Of a stretch of DNA of 64,000 bases, positions 39,067 through 53,011 are shown piece after piece. The notes beneath the pieces are model-generated. The model was given only the letters and a program-made list of their open reading frames with translations. It was not told the DNA's origin and did not search any database. Within the stretch, counting starts at the first letter, position 1, and each line of letters opens with the position of its first letter. The stretch covers positions 125,490,001 to 125,554,000 of the forward strand of contig NW_024704742.1 in the NCBI RefSeq assembly GCF_018977255.1, in the 5' to 3' direction. The position numbers and the translations under genes are program-made. The stretch comes from Callorhinchus milii (Eukaryota).

Positions 39067-42000
39067 ATTACATTAAACTATCAAGCAAAATGCATGGATT
39101 CTCTGGACTTTCTCTCAGGACTATTGTATTGACCCTGATGCTTTAATCCTAGTTTAATTCCCTCCTCTTCATGTGTCCTTTTTGCAGTGCTGCCTCTTCT
39201 TCCTTCAGTGCTCTTTCTCCTTCCTGCTGTCTTTCTATGTGAATTTTCTCTTTTTTCTTTCCCTCCCATGTAGTGTCATATAACCATAGAGGTCTCCTCA
39301 TTGTACTAAAACCTGAGATTCCTCAGAGAATCGAAGACCGAGCATGATGTCTTGACTGGATCTGCCACAGGACATGAAAAAAAGTTGAACCAAAAGACAA
39401 TCTCTTCCCCCCGCCCCCCACAAAAAGAAGTAAATTAACTTTAGGCATTCCAGGATAGAGCAAAAACTTGATCAAAAAGGTGATTCCTTTTGTATAAAAG
39501 ACTTGACTTGCATACTAACCAATATTCCTGTGGGCTTCTTGGTAACTTTAGTATAGGTGACTATAAATCGGAACTATTGTATTTTCTGATGTAATAATGC
39601 GTAGGAAAATGATTCCAAAAAGTTCAAGGGAAAATTTGCAAACGGCTGCAGACTCGGAAGGAAAGTGCGTTCGTGATCTGGGAGCACCAGTGGTCTGACA
39701 ATCTTAAAACATTACCAGAAAATATGTATAAACCAGGATTTTACATACAAAAAAGTATAGTTATTATTACAAAGCATTGTGAGGTCTGTTTTGATTTGGG
39801 GATACATTTTATTAGCTTCATGTTGAGTGTTTGCTGCATATTGTCCATCGTTCTTTGTGGTATCTCATAGTATTTCATAGATAATAGGTGGTTACAGGCG
39901 GATAATTCAATCCCTCAAAGTGTTCCTCGTTGCTGTTGATGCTTCCCATAATAACTGGCATAGCAACAATATTAACTACATTTCAAAGCAACTTTTCTAC
40001 AACATTGTTGTTATCCTGGGACTGAGTTACTGTTTTAAATGTGCTATCAGCTATCTTTATTTTACATGAAATGTCTTCTTTATTTAATCTGTTTTGGTAG
40101 ATATTAGACCTGAAGCTATGTGACTCGAACTATGGTACTACCAGAGATTATTCACTTTATCAAAGTAATATGAATCCCCACAGAATCCTCCTTTTCAAAA
40201 ACTAGTTACGCTGAAAAATGTGAAGAGCAATAGTTATCACAATGTGGGATATTCAATCTTTTAGACTCCTATTGGATAACAGTAGATAAACCTCTCTCTC
40301 TCCCCCCCCCCAATGCCACCAGTGGATTTTAAAGATAATAAATAATAACAATCCTTGCATTTGACATAGTGCGTTTCACATCTTCTAGACATCTCAAAAC
40401 ACTTCATAGAATATACTGTTACGTGAATTGACTATTTGTGGGTGAAATGTGCTGCCAATTGCACCCAACAGTGTCCCACAAACAGTCATGGATTGAAGTG
40501 ACCATATTTTTTTAAGTATTATTATCCCCGGAACTCCATCCATTTAAACTGATTTTTCTCTGATGCAAATGGACTCCAGGAGCAAAGTATCCCACAATGT
40601 GGTAACTTGTCATATTATCATTGTTTTGCATTCCCAGTATTTCCTTGTGGCAGCAAGGGAGTGTGTTCAGGTAGAGGAGCTCTGTTCGATCCACTTGGTT
40701 TGAAGTCTGGGTCAGTGTGCTGACTTTTAGATTCTGGCCAGAGCTGTAGACTGCAATCCCAATCTCTTGAGATGCTGTATGCTCTCTGTCTCTTGCCATT
40801 ATGTAAATCTGTAAGCATTTCAAAGGGAGATTGATAAATCTCCAAATTAGTGCTTTGATCTTTAAGATTTGGCTCGAAGGTTTTTATACATTTCTAAAAG
40901 TGGGTCCAGTTCTTATTTCTGTCACCAACCCATTTTGCAGGATTAACCTGAGCAGAAATACTGGACGGTCCAATAGAGGGGAAATGATTTAAGATTATTA
41001 CATGCAAGTTCTTTGCAAAGTTACTTTAAGAGCCCACCGGGCAGGAGCATTGTGCTTTCAGGTTTATAACCTGAGATTCTGTATCGTAACATTAAATTGG
41101 TGTGGTAGAATGTGTGAGATGACCAACCATCACTTTGTCAAGACTATACAACTTAATTGAATAAACTGCTTTGTGTGGTTGAATTGCCACTGTAAGATTC
41201 AACCACATGGTCCATTTACTGCTCTTGACCCAAAGCTGGTGTGTAGATGGGAATCCGTGTCCCATTTTGTTAACTTCCAAAGCTTCTCCCCCAGAGAAAT
41301 CAAACTCTTTTTGGACTGGTGATAGTGGAATCCTTCAGCACATTCAGCAGCTGCTGTGGCTGGGGTTTTCTTATGTGGGGTTATTCGAGGTCATGAAACT
41401 CTTACGAACTCGTATCTTTGCCCTCCTCTACTCTATGGATGACCCTTCAGTATTCTCTGGTGCAATAACTGAGTACTCGTATCTGCCCATGGTATTGATC
41501 ATTATTCCGTTCTCTCCTCTTACCCTGCACCCCCACCAAACCTCAGTGTTGTGGCTTTTACCGCTACACTATTTAACATCCACCATATATACCAGCCTCT
41601 TCAATCCCTGTATGTCATTTTCGAATGATTGTGCATTTCATGTCTAGCAGGAATACTTTCCAACGTCTAGTTTGCAGCAAAATGTAGGATTCCCCTACCA
41701 CCATCAATGATATTTAGGTGATGAGAAATAATTATTTTGTAAATCGTGCTTTAGGATTGGTACAATTGCATTTTTTTACACTCTATGGAGTTTTGTTACC
41801 CAGCTTGTGGGGATTTTGACCTGTCTCCAATCATACTATTTGAAGAATTGCTCCAATGTTGATCTGAAGTTCTGTTACGCACTATAAAATTATTGAATTT
41901 TCATTAGGGAATAAACACTGAGTGATCATTGCTTTTCTCTTCCTTGTTTGTTTCTCCCAAGTCTCAAATACATCAATATTATTATCTCCAAACTATTCCC

Positions 42001-44166
42001 CACACCCTATGTCTTCCTCAAGACCATGAAGCTTTTTGCTCTGTGCAGACTTCCCTTCTAACTATGGGCTTAAAATGCCAACTTGGTAACATTGCTGCTG
42101 TGCAGAGCGTGAGGATGATTGTAATGTTAGAGGGATGTGATTATAACAAATGACTAGAATAAACTAGGGCTTTTCAGCATTAGAAATGTCTCAGTTTGGG
42201 TACCTTTATAAGATTCTAAATAACATTAAAAAGAATAATCCTTGCATTTTAATATAGTACTTTTTACATCTCAAATTGCTTCACACGATATACTGTAAAA
42301 TAGTGACTCTTTTGTAGGTCAACAGAGCAGCCATTTTGTGCACACCAATGTCCCACAAATAGCCATGGAGTGAATATGGAGAAAGTGCAGAAGAATTCGT
42401 CCAAATCTGACAAGGCAGCAGAACATGAGATAAGACACTATATCAAATGCAAGGATTATTATGACACAGGTTCAGGGTTGTATAGGACAATTTGAGGCCA
42501 GACATGAGGAGGTATTTCTCTCACGGTAACGAATGACTGGACTTTATTCTGAGTGAAAACTTTTCATATTTGGTGTAGAAGCACTGCTTCAGTCCTGCAA
42601 TGTCTCCCTTGCTTTCTTCAAGACCCACCTCTTCAACTGTGCCTTCGCCTACCCTCCGCCCTCCCTGATCCCACTCACTACCCCACTCCAGTCCTAATCC
42701 CTGATTATTCAGGCCTTGGGACATCCTCCTGATGTGAAAGGTGCTTTACAAATGTAATTTTGTATTGTATTAATAATCCTTGCATTTGATATAGCACCTT
42801 TCATGTTGACAGGACAATTTCATGCACTTCACAGGATTTACTGTAAAGTGTAGTGACTATTTTGTAGACAAATAGATCTTTGGACTCTGACAGTACAACT
42901 GGATCACACACGCATGCAAAGTTTACACAAAAAAGATTTGATCACATTTTTAATTAAGCATTTACATCAACTACAGACCATAAACTGATCAAAAACAGCA
43001 AACCGAACTCCAGGTAAAGAGAGACGTAAACACACAGCAGCAGGAATTGAAAGTCAAATTCAAAGCATTGTGAACGGAGTACAGAAAATATTTGGCCTCT
43101 GAATTTTGGCAATATTTACATCATGTACATTGATGTCTTTGTTGACAGTATCTTATATTTCTAAGGCACTGAAAGCTAAGGTACTGAATTACAATTACAT
43201 CCATTAGCATACGACAGCTTGCCCACGTTTTGTCTTCTGAACGTCTTACACCGAATGTTGAAATGAATGCACCAAAGATGCATGAAAATGAGCAAAGTTA
43301 AATTCGAAAGCAGCAAGTTGCTTTGAAATGACGCTGGAAATCTCTGATGTGTGCATTTGTGTTCGGTTCAAACGCTATATGCTCCGCATTTAACTTTAGC
43401 ACAGGGTGTTTGCAGTTAAACGGCCAACACCTAGTAGAGACACTTTTTTAAAAAAAGTTCTTGAATTATGGAAAAACTTCAACTGTATGACTGCGACCTG
43501 AAATTCCACCCAATCTTAGCCTGTATTTTGCCCTTAATAATGCAGAATTATCTGAAATTCTCACACCACTCAAAGTCTTAATTTGGAAGGCAATTTCTTT
43601 TAAGAATTGTGGAAAAACAGCTAAATTAAGGCTGAACTTTAGAATTTGCCATGATTCTGTTTGCCTGTAAATATTAGTCAAAATAATCTTACAGGCCAAC
43701 AGTAGGTAGGATTTTGGAACTCCTGGCATCCATTAATCCCTAAAGACATCTTTTAAAGGCATTAAGAAGGCAAAGATGAAATTACTCATGACTCAGAATT
43801 AAATTAAAACAACTGAAGATTCCTTTTGTGAAACAGAAAATAACTTCATGTATGAAGTGAGGGAACTGTAAATGATCCCTGATTTGCAGCATTTAAACAG
43901 ACAGGCAAGGTATGAATCATCTCCTTATGGAATATAACTGCATCTCACCACAAATGGCCATCTTTTATCCCATCAATCGCAAGGCAGCCTCCAATTTGGG
44001 GCTCTAAAAAGAAAGTTCACATGTCTCCAGTCTCCACACTCCTTGGAGTAAAATAATGAAAAGGCAGGGGCAAAATTGTTTATTTTGAAAAGTTCACGTG
44101 CAGAAGGATAACTCCACAAATTGCATGTGTTTTATTCCACTTTTGGTGTGAATTTAAATGATTATA

Positions 44167-44368
44167 GGGGAGAAATTCGACTTTGGGTCTAGATTGATGC
44201 TAAGGAGCATTTCAGAATGTCCAAAATTTGGCAAAATCTAAAATAGTCTTAACTTTGGAGCTGGTTTTCTGTAAATTGGCTTCAAAGATCAAGGCTGCTT
44301 TCAGCAATTTGCCAAATTTTTATGCTCCAAAATGCTTAGAAATACTGAGACTGAGTAAGTCTAGATGC
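44167..44368. mobile_element. Palindromic MITE-like element (dispersed family)
   Basis: Starts GGGGAGAAATT; perfect inverted repeat AAAATTTGGCAAA 44223..44235 / TTTGCCAAATTTT 44308..44320, with further pairing outside it. Confidence 0.65.
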
Positions 44369-45491
44369 TGGAAGGATTGCTACGCGTTTGTGGGGCGGGG
44401 AGAGGGGAAGAAGTACAATGTACTGCGCCAGTGTTAGGTCACCTTATCCCCCCCACCTCCCCCTTCCCCTGATTATGTGACATTGTAGGTTTGGTGGAAA
44501 ACTCAAGATGGATGCAAACAAAATTGCAAATGAAGTAAAATGAAGTATTAAAGAACAAATAATTTTTTTCTGTTTTTACTTTCCAAATGGGACATGAACA
44601 TTATAATATCAAGGTACACTGACCCTTTTTTTCTGAAAACATTACCCTAATTGAACAAAATCGCTCTCATTCACAAATTAACTGTTTTTCGATTTTTTAA
44701 TCGAGTTTCCAAGTGCGTATCCAACTGATTTGGGAATTATGCCATTTAAGTGCAAAATATTGTTTCATGAAATAGACATTAGCTGCCCACCCCACAGCTT
44801 GGGTCCCGAGCCAGCATGTTAAGTGCTTGAGACATCCTTTCATTGTGAAAGGCATCATATACATGTTTATTGGGCGTTTTGCTCACAAAATATACAGTCA
44901 ATTCACTTTACAGTATATTCTGTGAAGTGCTTTGAGATGTCTCGAAGATGTGATAAGGCGCTATATCAAATGCAAGGATTATTATTAAATGACTAAAATG
45001 TTACTTATTTTCTGATGTGTACCTTTGAAAGTAAATGCTATTAAGATGAGAATACTTAAAACTAATAGTCTTGTTTCCTTGGATCTTCAATGGATAAAGA
45101 CCGTAGCAAAAGGTTCTTCTTCTCTCATACCATATCATAGCACTTTGTCTGCAGGAGTTCAAACTCCTTGCATTTTGATACAACACCTTTCATGTTAGAA
45201 GCACATCTCATAGCACTTCACAGTATATATGGGTGATTGTATTCTGTAGATGAACACAGCAGGCAGTTTGCACACAACGTTCCACAAACAGCCATGAAGT
45301 GCATGACCAATTTTATTTATTGGCAAGGACCACAGGAGAAACCGTTCGCCCCTGACCTGTCCCCAATCCATACCATATTATAGCACCTCCCCTGCAGGAG
45401 TTCAGACTTATGATGACAATTTAGGAATGGGCATTACTAAATACCAACATTTTACTAAAAACAAGTGTAAGCAGCTACACCATTATATATA

Positions 45492-45604
45492 TGAGGTCAC
45501 CAAAAAGTCATGATACCATTACAATGTCTAATAAGTCTTAAAGAAATTATGATTTTTTTTCTTTTTAGATAATAGGGTAGCTTCATGACTTTTTGGTCAC
45601 CCTG
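45492..45604. mobile_element. Tc1/mariner-like MITE, ~113 bp
   Basis: 22-bp terminal inverted repeats (18/22 match; right TIR reads CAGGGTGACCAAAAAGTCATGA on -), flanked by TA on both sides. Confidence 0.7.
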
Positions 45605-48600
45605 TATAATAGTAAGAAAACATGCTACACCATTACATCAAAACTTGGTCAAACTCCTCCCTACAACAGCCCCGCTCTTCACGTTTCATCTTAGACTCTA
45701 ACGTTTCAAGTGTAAATGCACGCTCACATCTTTGCGAGAGAACATCATGCAAACCAGGTGGGGAAAACAATTTGAGGAATATTGAATGTGCTTCGCAAAT
45801 GGTCAGTTGGAATCCCATAAGGTGTTAAAGAGGCCAGTGGCAAAGGGGTGCTAATGACATTGTGGGGACTGTTTAAAGGGGAAATAGCTGCACAAAGGGC
45901 ATCGATCACTAAGCAGGGGAGAAAACCTTTAGTCTGAAACTATTCTGTCAAAACGTTTTGTTACCTTTTTCAGATGTGCATCGAAAAAACTTGTCGGTCT
46001 GTAGCAACGTCTAACTGAGCAGAACATTTTAAATGAAATAAATTATCCTTGAATGTGTAAGAAAAATTGTGAAAAACATTAATGGCGAATTGCTGAATGA
46101 ATTAACCCAGCTAAAACTCCAAATGTTGGTAAATAAGTCATATATACATAGAAAATGGTGAAACATAGCAAAATAAGTTGATATTGCAAGAGATGTGAAA
46201 TCTTTTCTAAAAAATATACAATCTATAATCCTAGCTCAGGATTTATCAATGAACCTTATGCAATGCAATTTGAAATGATGCACTGAATGTTACAATAGTT
46301 AAATTAACTTAAAATACTGAGAGTGAGCTAAACTTATAATCCCACAATCCTGGGGAATTAGCATGTAGAGATCACCAAGAGTTAAATTAACAAATGATCA
46401 TTGTAGATTAATATTGAAATAGTTTCACTTGAGGTATCTCCAAAATAATGCAGCATTTAGTAAAGCAGTTATTTGACCCTAATGTTTATTTTGCCACTGA
46501 GGTTCCATTTGCAGCAGAGAACAAGCATGAAAACATCAATGTTAACTGCTACGCTTCACCACTTAAGGAAACACCCCTTAAAGAAATTCCTTCTGGTCTC
46601 AGCCTTGAAACTATTGTCCTTAAAAGTTAACATTGCGCAGAATTTTGGAAAATTGTTAAATTCATCCCAAACTTGGCTGGTTTGCTGCAGTTTTCAAGAA
46701 AGCTGAGAACAGGTTTCAAAATTTTGGCTGAACTTAAATGTATGGACCAAGATCTTAAGGCTAAGACCACAAGAAAAGATGGGGATTGGCTGCAACTGTA
46801 CTTTTTCTTGTCCTCTCTCCACCCATCCCTTAACATGAAGAAGAGTCAGTTGTGAATGATGCTCTGGTAGCCCAATAACTCCAACACAACGGAATTAGAC
46901 TCAGATTCAGGACCTGGGTTGTAATCCTGATTGTTGTTTGAATTCAATCCAAGCTTTTCCCAGCAAACCAAGGGCAATTAACTTGGGTTCAGCCAGAATG
47001 GTAAGGAAAACTGCAGCACAAGACTACGCCGTCCTATAGGTGTGTTGGGAGGGGAAGATGATCTTGTAGAAGTCATACTCCTTTTGTCCATTCCAGCATG
47101 GCACTCATGCCTACTGTGAAGCAGCTGGCTTTGGAAGGCACAGTGGCAATAGTAGAAGTCTAACTAGTGAATGGAGTTGTTCCCTCCATTAGTTTTAAGA
47201 TTCTGTCCTGAAATAGGAGTATTTAAATGGAAGAGTTGTTCTCAACCATTAAATCATCCCCTTTTCGGTGGAATTTATTAAGATAAATGTAGCAAATGAT
47301 TACACATCCTCAAATAATAGGTTTTGGTGTCACAGGAGAATGACTTCTCTGTATCAGTCAGTATAAACGAAGCAAAACAGAAATCAGCACTCTCTGTAAC
47401 AGGTTTGAACACTTTGATATTGTGTCTATGAAGTACGGTAATGGGCATCCAAACCAGTCCACAACTGGACCATTTGCAAATATTGTATGAACTGGAATGC
47501 ACCCATTTATGTGTCCAGTTTTCTAAACAAACTGCTGGATATTGAATTTCCTTTGGATCTTAAGTGATATGTTTGTGCCAATGTCTCTAAAAGTGAAATT
47601 CTACACATTTATATAGAGATAAGGGTGAAGAAAATTCATATCAACAACTTTAGTCAACATCAATCTATACCTTGCAATCTTTTCTGGTAGAGCCAGAAAC
47701 TCCTGTTTGGACGAGCACTTAACAAAAAGGGTATATAAGAATTGTTCGCTCCAGCGTAACCTACAAGAAATTTAAACAATGTAATGCATCATATCTGGGG
47801 AGCACGCTTGCTCTATTAGACTATGACATGGAGTGCGTGGGCCTAACGTGCTGCCTGTGATGCTTCACATTGGGAGTGTCAGACATCCACATCAACAGAG
47901 TAAAGTGCAGAGCGAAGACCAGGAAGGGACAAGCCACTGCACGTTACTCTCAGTGCCACCTAGTGAGAGGTGACAACATCGCATTGACAAAGACCCAGGA
48001 AGAGAGCACACTCATTCAATCATTCATTCACTCAGCTGGGTGGGGGGGATGAAATGTAGAGAATATTATATATTAATGTAACATATTGCTATGTCCACAA
48101 TACATCTACTAAAATAAACGATTCATAAGAGGCAGTATTTATCTTATATCTGAGGATACTCACCACAACTAGGTGATAAGTAACTGATGTGAACAACTGG
48201 ATAAGCTAGGCTATTTGGCCTTGAAAAGAGGCATCTCAGAGAGGCATTCTGCAGAAGTACATAAGATACTATGTTCATAAGATTGTGGAAGCAACATTTT
48301 CAGATGCATCAAAGCAGCAGGCTGCACTGAGGATAACTCTTTATGTTGCAATGGTGCTTTCAGGCGATGCTGGGAGTAAGTTTAAATCAGTGGAGAAAAA
48401 TACCATGGGTTTGGTTTAAAGAATGAGCTACAGCAGAAATGGGCAACAAAAAAAATGTAGTTCAACAAATAACAAGAGTGCGATTGAAGAGCAGTAAATA
48501 GGCGTGCTATTCAGTGCTGATGCATCAAAGCTGGGGCAGTTGATTTCTCATCTCTCTACCATTATCAATTTAGTAAGAAAATAGACTTGCGTGCCTGTTA

Positions 48601-50152
48601 ATGTCTATAATATTTGTTACAAGAAAAGTTTTACTCCCAAATTGTACCTTTCAAGCTAAAACTTGTTGCCAGTGATGATTATTTGCAAACTGAATAGCCA
48701 ACCCCTCACAAGGTAAGGGACAAAAGTTTTTTTTTACTTTGAACAACTTTCACTTACAATCGCGAACTTCATTCTGTAAACTTATTTGATCCATACCTGA
48801 TTATGTTTGTAAACCATCTGAAACTAAACTCAGGGTCACTGAATGAATGGAGTCAGCAAACAGGAAGTGAAGCTGGGCACATTTTGTGACAAATTCCAAA
48901 ATTAGAACTCTAAACTCCAGGTTGACTCTGGACTGTTTTTGATAAAGAAAGTGGTGCAGCAAGTGTCCCAAAGTGTCTTTGTGCTTGTGTCTCGGTTACC
49001 TTCTTTGACTCGGAAATATTTTTAATGAAAAATACATAAACTGCAATGCTCTCTTCGTGTTACCATCCCTTTTCAGCACAGTTTGAACATGCGTACAGTA
49101 ACATGGGCTGAATACATCTGTTCAGCTGCAGTTCCTCTGCAATTCAATATGTCCACACAATATTAAACATGAACCTGTTTTTTCTCTTCCACCCCCCCAA
49201 AGCGCTGAAATAAGAGTAGTCATTAAAATTATCATCATTCATACATGGTGGATTGCAAATGGAGTTGGATGATTCAAATTGACACTTCATGTTGCATACT
49301 TCATTACAATTGGTTCTTGCAAAATGAATTTGTTTGAAAACAGAAGCCAATTATTCCGTTGCGTGACGATGATGCCATCAAATCAATGTCACCTGGTCAC
49401 ATTCACATGCTTTAGTCAAAGATCATATAATATTAGATCAAAATAGTTTCTAAAAATCTCATGGGCGTTTTTTTATTTTTTTGTTCTTTTTTTTTAAATA
49501 ATACCCATCCCCCCCAAAAAGCCAGCATTCAAATCTCAATGTAGAAATGTAATCAGTCGGGAGTTCATCAGTGAGAGAACTGAAAAGGTTTAAGAGCGAG
49601 TGCTCTCTTGATTGCATTTGTCCCACTGAGAAAACTACAAAAGAGTGTGCTGTCTGCAAGGAATATGCTTCATCAGCTGGATACAGTGGTAAAACAGTCC
49701 AACCGTACCATAACTTGTTCCTTTCCATTCGAAGAGTTAGCATTGAAGACCGATTCCTTATTTTCTTCGAGCAGAAATATGTCACTTTCTTCAAAAATGT
49801 TTTAAATCATTTCAATATATCAGAATTCCCATTTTCGTTGGTGCCGTCTCTGTGTGCTGGAATCCGGTTCCGTACTCCGCTAAAAACCAAGAACACTGTG
49901 ACATTTTGCATACCTCACTTCGGCTTCTTACATACGCTACTGGCCCCGGTTTTACTACTCTGTTTTTAGGAGTGATGGCTCCTGTGTAGGACACAGCTTA
50001 AAAGAGAAAAATGTAAGTCTCGAACGTGAAAGTTGGCCTCGCCAGAGCCCATTAGATGGGGTTTGGTTCAAATTAAGCTGCACTCAAAGCACCTCAGGCA
50101 GCTATTTCATTTAAAAATAATTTTTTTACCATTGTAGATTATGATTTTAAAA

Positions 50153-50158
50153 TTTATT
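50153..50158 (-). terminator. Candidate PARP8 polyadenylation signal
   Basis: TTTATT on + (AATAAA on -) ~670 bp past the stop; an alternative lies at ~49472. Confidence 0.35.
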
Positions 50159-50820
50159 AAGACACACGTAAGACCATGGTTTGGCTGGCACAGCCAGGAT
50201 ACTATGGCACACACTGACTTTAAAAGCACAGACTTCTGTTCCCAAAGGGACACTATATTAGCAATTCCAAAACATTTTAAATAACTGCGTAAAAAAAACT
50301 TTCATAAACAGTGGGAGGAAATGACTCATTAAGTCACTTCGTGCTTGTGGTACATCATTCCTCTTCAGTGTTCCTACACGTCAGATCAGTGGATACGTAG
50401 CGTTGTAAACTGCATTTTCAAGTCAATTGCCACAGCTTTTACATTGCTCTGCGCTTTGCCAAGACTCTCGGGTTCACCAAAATTAGCACCAGAGCATAAC
50501 TCGGCCACTACTCTGCCGATCCTGCTCTCAATTTTCCATCAGTGCCTATGCTGAATAAAACCGGGGCCACCCATCTTTTCCAGGAGATCTTACTGTAACA
50601 AAGTCTTATTGAATGTTGCGACAACACCGCCACGTTGAGACGTGTCAATTACTAAAATGGTTCAGACAAGAGATCTGGAAAATGAAAGTAGTGCCTTATT
50701 CAAAACCTTATGTTGTGTGCAATTGAAATTAGGTTGTTGTTACATTTTGTTCAAAACTGCACTGCAGCTTCAAAGCCAGAAAAGGTGTTCTGATCCAGTC
50801 AGTGGTGGCATGTGATTCTT

Positions 50821-50923
50821 TCAACCTGTTGCTGTCTGATTTCCAATGACCCGCAGGATTTCTTTATGAATGCTGGATTCCTGTGTGTTTATATTGGTGT
50901 CGCCCACTTGGCCGTCTTCATAT
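50821..50923 (-). CDS. PARP8: PARP8 terminal coding exon (V)YEDGQVGDTNINTQESSIHKEILRVIGNQTATG*
   Basis: tttcag|A...TGA; C-terminus GNQTATG recognised as PARP8. The 10 exons total 771 nt, in frame. Confidence 0.95.
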
Positions 50924-51324
50924 CTGAAATGAACCATACAATGGGGGCTCTTAACAACCATGGAGGTATCATCATTTAATGTGTATGTGTGTGACGGGCG
51001 TGTGTATGTGGGTGTGAGGGTGTGTGTGTTAGCGTCAAATGAAATTGGACCTGAAAAAATCTACACCAATAAATAATTTAGGCCATTTGGATTTAGAATG
51101 GCTTGGAAAAGCAAAGGGCTTTAATTTACACTTATAACAGTGATCAGGAACTGCAGCCAGAACTGCACCATAGGCTTATGTCAGAAAAATTCCCTTACAA
51201 GCTAACAGACACCAAGCACTGTTTCATCCGACCATCTGGGCTTGATTTTAAGACAGGTACGAGAAGCTAAAGCAGAGAGTGCAAACTTTCTCTGTCAACA
51301 CCACCAACGATTTGCATTCACATA

Positions 51325-51782
51325 TAATAATAATAATAATCCTTGCATTTGATATAGCGCTTTTCATGTCGGGAGGACGTCCCAAAGCGCTTCACAGAAT
51401 ATACTGTAAAGTGAATTGACTGTATATTTGTGGGCGAACGCGGCAGCCAATTGCGCACAGCAATGTCCCACAAACAGTCGTAGATTGAAAATGACCAATT
51501 TATTATTGTTTTTTTGGGTTTTTTGGAGGGATTATTATTAGGCGTGTGGAGTAAGGAAACTTGCCCAAGGTTTCGCCCTGACCTGCCTGGAATTGAACTC
51601 AGGTCTCTCGCTTGCAAAGCGAGTGCTCTAACCACTGAGCTACAGGACTCCACTTGGAGGGATTATTATTAGGCGTGTGGAGTAAGGAAACTTGCCCAAG
51701 GTTTCGCCCTGACCTGCCTGGAATTGAACTCAGGTCTCTCGCTTGCAAAGCGAGTGTTCTAACCACTGAGCTACAGGACTCC
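51325..51782 (-). mobile_element. tRNA-Ala SINE with tandemly duplicated 5' part
   Basis: Full copy 51325..51651 plus a second 131-bp head copy ending at 51782. Confidence 0.92.
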
Positions 51783-52035
51783 ACATAGTGCCCTGCAGGT
51801 AGGACAATCTCCCGCAGCGCTTCACATGGTGGAGTTTAATGCCGAGATAGGAGGAAGGAGCATGGACAGGTGACTTTAGGTGTAGTTGAAGAGGTAGACT
51901 TTCAGATGGGATTTGAAGATAGATAGAGAGGGGGAGAGGCAGAGAGATCCAGGGGTTGGATGCATAATCATTCAGTACATAAGATTCTTTTACTTTACCT
52001 CCAAAACTTAATGTGAAATCTAGATATTTACTTAC

Positions 52036-52120
52036 ACAAAGAAGAACCTTGTGCAGACGTGTTCTGTTTGTGGAACTACCCAAATTTCTCCATGTTTGTG
52101 CAAATCTGGTGAAGTAATTG
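52036..52120 (-). CDS. PARP8: PARP8 exon (A)ITSPDLHKHGEIWVVPQTEHVCTRFFF(V)
   Basis: ttgcag|CA...GT|gtaagt, 85 nt; GEIWVV places Ile at the third triad position (H-Y-I, mono-ART type). Confidence 0.94.
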
Positions 52121-52666
52121 CTGCAAAAAAAAAGAATCTTTCTTAGTCTTTAGGTTCTCTTCATTTTAAATATAAATTTTCTTCACTTTTCTCATTGTTT
52201 TCTTCCCTTTTCCCCCTCCTTTCCTGAGTGCAGTTTATGTGGTGCTCTCTGGCCGTGGGAATTATTTGATACAGTACAATTTACATTTATATAGGGCCTT
52301 TCGAAGCATATGTGGCTGGAGCCAGGGTGGGGAGGGAGCTGAAGAAGGTGGGGAGGGTAGAATGACCAAAAGTGGGGTGAGAAATAAATCTCAAGGAGGA
52401 CTGTGAATGTGGAGAGGAAGGGGCAAGTCAAAGTGACTTCAGTATGGAAGTCTAGAGAGCAGGGGGCAGAAAGTTCACTTGCCAATGGTAGGGTGGGTAG
52501 GGCAGGGGACATGAAGCAGGTTTGAGGTTTGGTAGGGTTTGGGGAGGTTACCGAGGTCGGATGGGGCAAGACCGTGGAGGGATTTGAAGGTGAGAGTGAG
52601 GATTTTGAACCTAATGGACATTCAGTGTATTGTAGCAGGTTTTGTGTAAAGCTAGGAATGTCGTAC

Positions 52667-52736
52667 CTTCACATAAGGCTATACACTTCAGGTTACGACT
52701 CTGCAAAAACTGGGGCTGCTGTCCTTTTTTCTGTGA
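52667..52736 (-). CDS. PARP8: PARP8 exon SQKKGQQPQFLQSRNLKCIALCE
   Basis: gtccag|TCA...GAAG|gtacga, 70 nt. Confidence 0.94.
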
Positions 52737-52937
52737 CTGGACAAAAAAGGAGACAGATTAGTTTGATTCACAGAATGTTACCCATAGACTTACAAAGAAC
52801 ATTATAGGATGGAAACAGGTCATTCGGCCCAACTTGTCCAACCCGTGCTAGTGTTTATACTCCACACTTTCACCTCTCCTAATTCCCTTTCTGATATTCC
52901 TCTCATTCATCTCCTGGAACAAGTGAGTGAGTCTTAC

Positions 52938-53011
52938 CTGCAAAGTGGCTGCTTTATTGTTTGAAGGTTGTTCATCCTTGGACGCTACCTTCTGCTGCTT
53001 TTTATTCATCC
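52938..53011 (-). CDS. PARP8: PARP8 exon (G)MNKKQQKVASKDEQPSNNKAATLQ
   Basis: cttag|GG...CAG|gtaaga, 74 nt; GMNKKQ..KDE is PARP8-like rather than PARP6-like. Confidence 0.9.

Noticed and set aside
41174..41207. Perfect 11-bp hairpin TGTGGTTGAAT/ATTCAACCACA
   Set aside because: An isolated 11-bp stem is close to chance expectation in 64 kb.
41207..41647. 146-aa ORF
   Set aside because: No recognisable motif, splice context or promoter; likely chance.
47278..47525. Possible exon of a third gene between the Deltex gene and PARP8
   Set aside because: The frames examined gave no recognisable peptide and no partner exons.
49571..49969. 132-aa Cys-containing ORF on +
   Set aside because: No recognisable domain; it is antisense to the probable PARP8 3' UTR or downstream region.
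49812..49994. Acceptor-like site on - giving a possible alternative PARP8 last exon (EPSLLKTE*)
   Set aside because: The canonical PARP8 C-terminal exons account for the whole reading frame. This site lies downstream of the stop and has no recognisable similarity.
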